A stretch of DNA of 63,861 bases, the filler included, from Octopus bimaculoides (lineage: Eukaryota): the NCBI RefSeq assembly GCF_001194135.2. It is 7 parts of 7 records of this genome, joined end to end, with 100 filler letters (N's around TTAATTAATTAA, not from the genome) between each part and the next. Parts side by side here need not be neighbours in the genome. Positions count along the whole stretch, not along the records: positions 49,238 to 63,861 come from NC_068981.1; 6 more parts are not named here. The stretch is one strand, 5' to 3'. The notes beneath the pieces were generated by a model, which saw only the letters and a list, made by a program, of their open reading frames with translations, was not told where the DNA came from and searched no databases. This document shows positions 54,401-63,861 of this stretch, piece after piece; position 1 is the first letter of the stretch, and each line of letters opens with the position of its first letter. The translations under genes and the position numbers were made by a program.

Positions 54401-54687
54401 CAAATAGGTTGCTGACAAACGCATGTTAAAATGATGCTGTGAAGAAAGATAGTTTGAATAAAGAATACTACATAAGAGTTTTAAAATATAGAGCGCTAGG
54501 AGGATACCCCTTACAACAAGGCAATGTTTCCAAGGATACATTTAGTATTGTTCACAACATTTTGGATAGTTGGCTGATAAAAGGTGTAAGTTGTTAACAT
54601 CGACTAGACGTTTTCAAGGAAATCGAGATATAAAGAGATTGTGGCCAAAACAAGAGGTATAGAATCAGTGATAACATTTCTGATGCT

Positions 54688-54907
54688 AAAAGGCGACGAG
54701 CTGGCAGAAACGTTAGCAAAACCGGGCGAAATGCTTAGCGGTATTTCGTTTGCCGCTACGTTCTGAGTTCAAATTCCGCCGAGATCGACTTTGCCTTTCA
54801 TCCTTTCGGGGTCGATAAATTAAGTACCAGTTGCGTACTGGTTTAGATCTAATCGACTGGCCCCCTCCCCCAAACATTTGAGCCCTATGCCTCGAGTAGA
54901 AAAGAAT
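54688..54907 (+). mobile_element. Full SINE family A (tail type 1) with 12-bp TSD
   Basis: The direct repeat atttctgatgct occurs at 54676-54687 and 54908-54919. Confidence 0.9.
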
Positions 54908-55556
54908 ATTTCTGATGCTGAGTACATGCATAGATTTTAACTCCAGAACATACATCAAACATCCCATTATATTTATCACGAAAATCAAACATAATGTGAC
55001 CGATATATTAGCTAAGACACAAGCAAAGGATGAGCACTGTTAAAGTCATTAGCTATCTTGTAGAGGCGAGCAATAACTTTTCAAATCCAGTACAAAGAGA
55101 AAGTTTATGGATAACTGCTACGAAACCTAAACTTTCTATATTCGGATTATGAATTTTTTTAGTCATCTATAATCATTAGCACACTTTCCTATAATACTGT
55201 ATTCTCAACAAGTTGGGATATACACATGGATATATTTATCTATATATACATATATATGTACATATATACATATATTTTGTGTATATATATACATATATAT
55301 ACATGTTTATATATGTATATCTATAGATATATAGATATATACATGTATCTATATATATATATATATATATATATNNNNNNNNNNNNNNNNNNNNNNNNNN
55401 NNNNNNNNNNNNNNNNNNNNNNNNNNNNNNNNNNNNNNNNNNNNNNNNNNNNNNNNNNNNNNNNNNNNNNNNNNNNNNNNNNNNNNNNNNNNNNNNNNNN
55501 NNNNNNNNNNNNNNNNNNNNNNNNNNNNNNNNNNNNNNNNNNNNNNNNNNNNNATA

Positions 55557-56330
55557 ACATTATCATCATCATCGTTTAACGTCCGTTGTCCATGTTGGCA
55601 TGGGTTGGACGGTTTGACTTGTGACTGGCTAGCCAGGATTCTGTACCAGGCCCCAATCTGATCTGGCAAGGCTTCTACAGCTGGATGTCCTTCCTAACGC
55701 CAACAACTCCAAGAGTCTAGTGGGCTCTTTTTACGTGCCTACGGCACGACAGACTCTAAGGCAGCATTGGCATCGGCCACGTTGAGATGGTGCTTTTAAC
55801 GTGCTACTGTTACAGGAGCCAGTCGGGGCGGGGGCGGTGTCTGGCATCGACCACGTTTGGATTGTGCTTTTTACGTGCCCCAGGTACAGGAGCCAGTCTG
55901 GCGGCACTGACATCGACCCACGCATGCATAGTGCTTATTGCGTTCCACTAGCCACCGGTGCCAGTCAGGCGGAACTGACATCGGCCTCAAATACAATTTC
56001 CATTTTGGTTTCGATTTGATTGAGAATATGATAGTGATTTTTATTTTGACTTTATTTGACTGAAGCACGGCCTGTCGCCCGACGATTAAAATCTACTTTT
56101 TAAATGGGCTGGTTATGCGACACTGGTATAGGCTACGAATGTGATCTCACTTTACTTGCCGGTTCTTCTCAATGACAGCATATCTCCAGAGGCCTCGGTC
56201 TCTTGTCATTGCCTCTGTGAGGCCCAACATTCGAGGGTCGTGCCTCACCATCTCATCCCATATCTTTCTGGGCCTTTCTCTTCCCATGGGTTCCTTGCAC
56301 TGTTGGAGAGTGACACATTTTCACACATTC
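55557..56330 (-). mobile_element. 5'-truncated RTE-clade LINE 3' end
   Basis: GRERPRKIWDEMVRHDPRMLGLTEAMTRDRGLWRYAVIEKNRQVK* (stop at 56147-56149) is an RTE-type GRPRK.W...DR..W C-terminus. A 3' UTR follows, ending ggacgttaaacgatgatgatga. Confidence 0.8.
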
Positions 56331-56593
56331 GTTAGCCATTCCGTGCGGCTTCTCGCCGTTAGCGCTACGAAAGCAGAAAAATATCATCGTTATATGCGCG
56401 AAATGGTTATGATCATTTGGACGGTCACTGATGAGGAACTAGCTACGATATTTATGTGAAGTTTCCATTTGTTGTGTTTCTCTTGAATTTTTGGAACATT
56501 GTGTGTGTGTGTGTGTGTGNNNNNNNNNNNNNNNNNNNNNNNNNNNNNNNNNNNNNNNNNNNNNNNNNNNNNNNNNNNNNNNNTGTGCGTTTG

Positions 56594-56629
<36 letters not shown>

Positions 56630-56836
56630 GTCGGTGATTCCTATAAATTACTAACTGCCACTATATCGTTGCAACCACGAGCAACATCAACGTCACTAGG
56701 TCGGTGATTGGCCCCGCTGCCTACTAGCACCATGTCAGTCGCCGTATTTCAATGTCTACAACACGAGCGCTTTCTTCAAGGGCATTTTTCACTGAGAACC
56801 TATCAATAATTCTACAATAAACGTAAAATAACTTAC

Positions 56837-57030
56837 GTAAGTGATCCAGACATTTATTGATAATATTTGGTTTCTTTCGTCTAAATCCAGGATCTGAATT
56901 AAGCTTACTCCGTATTCTACTGTAATTGTTTCATTTGGGTCGTTCACCGGTCTGCCCGTCTTACCTGAGGTTTGGTATTGCTCGATCAAAGTTTTTATAA
57001 GTCGTTTCTCTTGTGACAACACCAACGCGC
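56837..57030 (-). CDS. Internal exon of a nicotinic acetylcholine receptor-like (pentameric Cys-loop ligand-gated ion channel) subunit, N-terminal extracellular domain
   Basis: Reads (G)ALVLSQEKRLIKTLIEQYQTSGKTGRPVNDPNETITVEYGVSLIQILDLDERNQILSINVWITY. It has the nAChR hallmarks EKRL..L...Y, RPV, LIQILDLDE.NQIL..NVW and an N-E-T sequon. Acceptor is ttttgtttctgtatattttggcag|GC (phase 1) and donor is TAC|gtaagt (phase 0). Length 194 nt = 2 nt + 64 codons. Confidence 0.95.
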
Positions 57031-58244
57031 CTGCCAAAATATACAGAAACAAAATATAAATATATTGTTACTTTTATACACACGCTCTAATAGAAACTGA
57101 CAAACACATACACATCTCATAGATGAATTAATGAAAATCTCTATACAAATTCTAAATTTCCTAAAAATAGCTGATAAATCTTGTAAATAACACGAGCACC
57201 ATAAATCATCTTTAAAAAGTGAAATAAAAAATGTCCGTGTTATAGTACTCCTGAATAAAGAGAACAGTCAGGACAGCGGCACCTTTGATCAAAAATCTTG
57301 TTAATTAAGTTGTCACAATGTTAAGCAACAACAAAAACTTAGACGATAGTAATAACAATAACAAAATAATGGTAGGAAAAGCAATTACCAAAATCGTAGC
57401 AACAATAACAAAAACAATGAAGTATTAGAAAAATAAGTAACAAACTGAGGAAATAAGTACCAAGTTCGGTATAATACACTCTAACCCTTGCAGATGATGC
57501 CTTGGTGTACTCGAATTTCAAAGAATGGAACCATTGAAGGAATAAAATTATAATCAGCCTATCATTTGATTGAACAGTGCACTTATCGTAAACAAGAAAC
57601 AAAATTCCCGTTTGAGATTGTTTGTAAACAATTCTATTTTCCTCCGTCAACAAACCAAACAATTCATGACTACGCCCGTTATTTTGATTCACGATTAATT
57701 CAACTACCCATTATTAATATCTCTTCTATATGCCGTAAAAAGAAAATGTTAGATACTTTTTTTAAATTGTGTTTTTACTTGTACTCATTGGACTACGGCT
57801 ATGCTAGGGTACTGTCTTAGATCGTTTTCTCAAAGAAATCAACCCAAGCCCAGTACTTATCGTGCTGCTACTGTATAAGTCTCTCTGAGAGATTTAGAGA
57901 TGCAATATTTCTAATTTTGTAGATCAGTGAATTTATTTCACTTGAAATTCTATAAGTTTTCAAAGGCGAATAAGCATCGACATCTAGCAAGCTAAGCTAC
58001 TCAAGACTGATGAAGAGCAATAAGCCTGAAGCTAGTCTCTTGATGCTGGCTTTCCTGGGTGGAAGTGCTTATCTCCCCTGCTAGAAAACTTAAGGACAAA
58101 GAACGTTTGTGTCAAGTAGCCAACTGGAAACGATGTTTCCTGGTGCTAAATAGCAGTAGCATTCTTCCCTTTCCTGGAAATGCCACATTAAGTTGGCAAC
58201 AAACCATCACTTTATATACATATATATATGTACATATATGTATA

Positions 58245-58280
<36 letters not shown>

Positions 58281-58402
58281 NNNNNNNNNNNNNNNNNNNN
58301 NNNNNNNNNNNNNNNNNNNNNNNNNNNNNNNNNNNNNNNNNNNNNNNNNNNNNNNNNNNNNNNNNNNNNNNNNNNNNNNNNNNNNNNNNNNNNNNNNNNN
58401 NN

Positions 58403-58530
58403 TATATATGTATACGACGGGCTTCCACATAGTTTCCGTCTACAAAATTCGCTCAAAACGAATTGATGGACTCGGTGCTATAGAAGGTATTTGACCAAGA
58501 TGCCGCGTGAGATTGAACCCGAAACCATGT
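58403..58530 (-). mobile_element. SINE family B head, reversed
   Basis: tatacgacgggcttccacatagtttccgtctac...gccgcgtgagattgaacccgaaaccatgtg. Confidence 0.75.
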
Positions 58531-59250
58531 GATTATCCTCATTTATTTTCAGTATTTTTTAAAATCCATGTCGCATTGTAAATTTGAACACTAACTAAAC
58601 TTTTTCTATTTTATGTTTTTGTCTTATACAAATTTATAAATCAATGCAGTAGTAAATTGACCTCGTGGCTTTTACGACTTTCCCCAGTGTTTCAGGAGGA
58701 GCAAACTTAAACGAAACGAATCAAGTAAATCGAGAGTAAGTTGCGGCTGTTGCAGCTTACTGGTTGCTTATTTCCTACTTTCCCAGTATATTTTATACAG
58801 ATATATATTCATGAGGGTAATTGTGGATATTCTGCTTATACGTGTCAAAGTTGTAGTTAAAATTAGGTGGATGTAAATAGAATACAGGATCGATAACTAT
58901 ATAGATAAGTAGGTTGACGTATCGATCGTTTTATAGGTGATGATACAGCGTGCATGTATTAGTGAATAGGTTAATGCGAAGATGGTTGTATGTTTGTGAC
59001 CTGGTGGATGAAGAGTTAAAACAAAACTGGGTGAATGAATCTCACGATGCATGGATATTTTGTGTAGATAATTGCTGGAGAGTATAAATATATTTAAATA
59101 TCGTTGGAAGAATAGATGAATGATCGATAGGCTGTATGACTGTGTCCCTTAGATGAATTGAATGAATAATGCCGTCCTGGTAAATAGGTATTCAGGATTA
59201 AACTATAGTATTTGTTGAAAATCTGGAACGGCCGGTTGTAAATATATAAT

Positions 59251-59462
59251 CCTTTCTACTATAGGCACATGGTCTGAAATTTGTGGGAGGGTGATAGACG
59301 ATTACATTGACCCCAATACTCAACTGCTACTACTCAATATCCAAGAAAGGATGAAAGGCAAAGTTGACGTCGGCAGAATTTGAACTCAGAATGTAAAAAC
59401 GGACGAAATACCGTTATAAATTTCGTCTGGTGTGCTAGCGATTCTGCCAGCTCGCCGCCTTA
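59251..59462 (-). mobile_element. Full SINE family A, reversed
   Basis: Ends gattctgccagctcgccgcctt. A probable 13-bp TSD with one mismatch flanks it (gtaaatatataat 59238-59250 / gtaaataaataat 59466-59478). Confidence 0.85.
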
Positions 59463-60314
59463 GCCGTAAATAAATAATGGAAAGACAACGCGTTTGATGG
59501 GGCGAATTGGCACACTCGCAGAGCGTCGGGCAGAATACTTCGTAGTACCTGTTACAGGCTCGCTACGCGCTGAGTCCAAATCCCGTCGGGTTCAAGTTGA
59601 CATTTTATCCTTAGGCTTTAGATAACAAATTTGCAATTCAAGGCGATGCATTAACAGAGATGTGAAAAAGTTAAAGCATATACTAGAGAATTTGTTCCGG
59701 CTCTGTGTACTGAGATCTGAGTTCGAATCCCGTTATGACTTACTTGCGTGCTAGACTAAAAGCATCGTTCTTAATGCTGGCACTTTGAGTACTTTTAGAG
59801 GAGTTGATTCTGTAACAAGCATTCTGGATTGAGGATACCCTCCTACCATCTTCTTTCTCGCCAGTCTAGAAAGCCCTACAACCGTTCATGAACACTCACT
59901 TCCCTCCTTATTCATATATTAAACACTGCAATTTTATAGAGAACATTTAGGTGTTTTATATTACTAACAGTATATATATATATCAAGGACCTTACAGTTT
60001 TAGTATGCTAAACTAAAATTTCACTTCCATATTAGACCGTTCACTGCACAAATATTGCCAACTCCCGAGAGAATACCACGAAAATCTCATTATATCCGTT
60101 GTTGTTCTTCATAACTATGAACAATGATTGTCGAATAATAATCATGTGTAGACTTGTTTCAGAAACCTATTTGTTACATATAAAATTATAGCCACTTTCA
60201 TTTATGTGAAAATGTGATATATATATATATATGTGATTTTTATTTTCCTTCGAATTAAACACAGAAAAACAAAAGAAGGGATAAATCAACTATGTTATTT
60301 TCTTTTCCTACGAA

Positions 60315-60347
<33 letters not shown>

Positions 60348-60731
60348 TGCGTATATGTGTGTATGGGGTGCGTGAGAGAACATGTGTGTGAGCGTTTATG
60401 TATATACGTATATATATATATATATATATATACGTTTGTTATCTGTCATATTCATGCTGAACTATGTTTTAAAAAATTAACTCAATAAATGAAATTTACA
60501 TTCATACCTTCATAATTATTATACTAATATATACTAAGAAACTATATCGTATAAAATAAAGATAGACATACATTATCTCTAATGGTAATATGAGATAGTG
60601 TGAAACTGAATAAAACAGAAAGGTAGACATTGATGCCCAAAGTTATGATAACATTAGAATTGTCAAAAGCACAGAAAAAAATAATCAGCAACGAACACAA
60701 CGGATCGGCTTCAGCCGCATCTATAGAAGCC

Positions 60732-60807
<76 letters not shown>

Positions 60808-63800
60808 CTTAAGTATATGTGGCTTGCGTGCGAACGTAATTATTCCGAGATGAAATCGCATCCTAGTTCATCGTTTACAATGCTACATTAAACAATAATT
60901 ACAGCTGTAAACTACGTATGTGTGTCGAGGTCACTAAGTTTACAGTATACAAAATATTTGTGTCTTAGATAGACAGAAACATTTCAACATATAAATGTGT
61001 ACAACTGAATTGTCTGTAACTTGGAAGCTTGAGTATTTCATAAAAATGTTCTCAGAGCAATTATATTTCTGTAACGGGAATCATACAGACACACAGACAC
61101 ACAGACACACTCATACATGTATGTAAGCGTGGGCATGTATATATACATATATATATATGCATATATCTTTAAATTTCGGAATTCGGGTTTTAACACCAAT
61201 CTTTGAAATATTACCCTGACATAGTATATCCTATCAGGGAAAGAATCATATTCTATACTGAATTCCATTTTGTAAATATGAGAAAGCTATTTATTTATTT
61301 ATTTATTTATTATTTATTTATGTGTTTCAGCCAAGTGGCTGCGGTCATGCTGGTGCACCACCGTGATTATTTATATATGAGAAAGCTATGTTGCCTATAG
61401 CATATTGCTTGGTTATGCTCTCTTCAACAACCACTGAGGCCTGAAAGAATCGTTTGCTTTCTTGTTACCAAGATAGATTGTAACTTAAATTTGCTTATCC
61501 CACCGCATTTTTTGCATTGCAATTTTGTAGTTTAAAGCTGTTTATTCCATTTTTTACTTTGTAGTTACTTGAACACATGTGGTGATATTGTTATAATCGT
61601 AAAAGTAAAAGTTCTAGATATAAGTATATGTTTTGTACGTTAAATTCTGGTATGCAATTTTCAGTTGTTTTTCGCAATGTGAATAACCTTTCTGTTTGCA
61701 TCAGGTATATTTCTGCCAATGCCAACTAAATTGCTTCATATATGTCTGTTGAGTACTTTCTGATATAGTTCTATAAGATACTCATGTATGTATTATGTTT
61801 GTATGTATGTACGTACATATGTATGTATGTATGTATATATGTATGTCTTGTATCTATGGTCTAGATAAAAGTGCTGTGATTTCTGTAGAATTTCAGTTTA
61901 GAGTTGTTTACTTTTCTATTGTTTTAGATGAAATTTTCACATTAGATAGGCAGCAATGCTTTACTTTTGTCACTGTCTCATATTGTGTAGCGTTTGCATG
62001 GAACTGTTAATTGTATTGGAATGTTCCGCTAATACTCCATATTTTTAAAGATGTGGACATATTTCTGGTGCTGTTTTGCCAGCCTCTGACCATCTTGATT
62101 GTTCTTCGTACAGATTCCACTGCAAATATTTCTGGCAAAATGCCATATTCTCTGAGAAAGTAATACTTAACGAATATTTTCAGACCATTGTCGATAATTT
62201 TGTTGATACCTTCCATATCGCTATGCCACGATTGCTATTTTTTTTATCACAGCGGGCTGTTATGAAGCATCACGATCTCTTTTATTAAAACATAATTCAG
62301 TAGCTCTTTCGTGTTTCTGATTAACAAAGGAGTAGGGAGTGACGTACGAGAGACGCTGCTCTTCCTATCAACATCGTAGATATCCTCAAGCTGGCAGGAT
62401 ATGGACCTATGAATAACATTTTGCTTCTAAATATGATGAGTGGTTCACCTAATTTCCACTTTTTTAAGTTGGACAAACCTCCCAACACTAAGCATATCAT
62501 GTCAAAATGTTAATGTTTTCACTGCTGAGTTATAATGTAAAATACTCGTGTCTTTCATGTCATTCAAGTGTTGCTCGAGTATTACACTATAGCACGCAAA
62601 GGCCATTTTGGCCGACCTTATGCGTTAGCCAACATCCCACCCACTTACGTATATTCTGTCAGTGTCTGCACGATTCTGTGTCTATTTTGCATATAGATGC
62701 ATTTAAATATGATTTTTGTAATGGTGTGCATATCAGAATGTATGGATGGCTATACACATGCGCGTATATTTGCATACATTTGTTATTTTCCTGAGTGGAA
62801 ATTAAAAATTTCTTTTGAATAGCCACCATCCAGATATCAAAGTTTTAACAAATACCTATTTTAAAAAGGTTCTTTTATTCATCCATTAGGTAACTAACCG
62901 CTTTTAAGTTTTCGGGATATCTGGCAGATGTGTAGTATACTAAATATGATATTCCTTTCTCGTGTAAAAATAATAAGTTCCTTTTACAAGCATTCAAAGT
63001 CAGCTACAGGGTTTACAGTTAAAGTTGCATTTTGGGATGCCGAGTTGCAAATTGTTGCCTACGGACATTCTATGTGTTCTCTATTTATTTTGCCACATTA
63101 GAGGCTAGTGGACTGCCGACTTCCACAACAGAAGAAATTTAATTTTTATATTCTAAATTAGAAGATCAGATTGGTTATTTCAATTAGGTTATTGTCTTTG
63201 TTCCGAGGTCCCACCTGATTTATGCATCTAAATGCGTTCATCCTTATTGTTCTCACTTTTCTGTTCTATTCTAATGCAATTTTCTCTGGCTACAGTATCA
63301 TCCCTGTTTTCAGAGGACATCCTCACACAGTTGGCAATAGTGTAGCAAGCTGCTCTGTTCATCTGTTTTAGTTTTGTAGAACCTAATTTTTTTTAACCTC
63401 ATCTTGTTTCGCATATTGTGTAGGCATGATTGATTGGGGAATTTCTTACTGGAAGAAACCTTTAATATGAGACGTTACAACCTATTCATTACTTCATGTC
63501 AGGCTTGGATTGAGATTTATTCACTCTATGGTTAGTGTTTTGTCTGTACGTTTGCGTCTACTTGTACGTATTCGCGTCTAGTGCCTCTTTTATTGTCCTA
63601 TAACAAATGTGTTTTGCAAATCGGAATGAATAGGATATAAAGAAGTGAACTGCTAATCGCTACAAACGATGCAGGAAGAGAAAAAAAAAAAACAAGCAGA
63701 AAGGTTAAACAGACTATTCAAATTTTTTCCAATGCCTCTTCCTCAAAAATTCATTCTAAGAGTACTTGTAGTCGTTAATATTGTACCAGATTTTGTTTTG

Positions 63801-63861
63801 ATTTCCGTTATCTTTTTTTTTTTTTCGTTTTCTTCCCCTTTTTATTTAAAAAATTTCTATT

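Larger units (their letters stand above)
1..63861. repeat. Dense microsatellites throughout: (TA)n, (CA)n, (AG)n, (TATG)n, (GATA)n, (TTA)n
   Basis: Examples are 2319-2432 (CA), 19377-19447 (AG), 20220-20297 and 23230-23400 (GATA). Most N gaps are flanked by such runs. Confidence 0.95.

Noticed and set aside
56425-56450. CTGATGAGGAACTAGCTACGATA, a hammerhead-like core
   Set aside because: Stem II and the GAAA are broken, so it cannot be supported as functional.
56789-57052. Treating the track ORF (87 aa, starting at a TTG) as a complete single-exon gene
   Set aside because: Homology stops exactly at canonical splice sites; the flanking residues are intronic.
57339-57692. 117-aa ORF just upstream of the receptor exon as candidate exon 1
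   Set aside because: Its hydrophobic part derives from AAT/AAC-rich low complexity. The only phase-1 GT I found falls in a SINE-like gtacttattt remnant.
573-61400. Long ORFs rich in HT/CV/YI/LSIY repeats or X
   Set aside because: They are translations of (CA)n, (TA)n and (GATA)n microsatellites and N gaps, not genes.

Overview
This is an AT-rich, gap-ridden eukaryotic window. About 7.5-8 kb is N, and six of the gaps are artificial 44N-TTAATTAATTAA-44N scaffold joins. The repeat families look like those of an octopus or other coleoid cephalopod; this is pattern recognition, not a database hit. Only one host coding exon is well supported: 56837-57030 on the minus strand, encoding the N-terminal extracellular part of a nicotinic acetylcholine receptor-like (Cys-loop) subunit. 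Its splice sites sit at the same positions and phases as vertebrate alpha7 introns 1 and 3. I found no other exon of this gene in called sequence. The rest is intronic or intergenic: at least four tRNA-headed SINE families (labelled A-D here), three RTE-type LINE relics, a Penelope-like GIY-YIG relic, five Tc1/mariner transposase relics, two mariner MITEs, two minisatellites and many microsatellites. Nearly all ORFs in the supplied track are microsatellite or N-gap artefacts. I did not find a convincing novel biological system. The best leads are the nAChR-like exon and its flanking inverted SINEs, a probable heterozygous SINE insertion, modular SINE structure, and an unexplained complex block at 17.2-19.1 kb.
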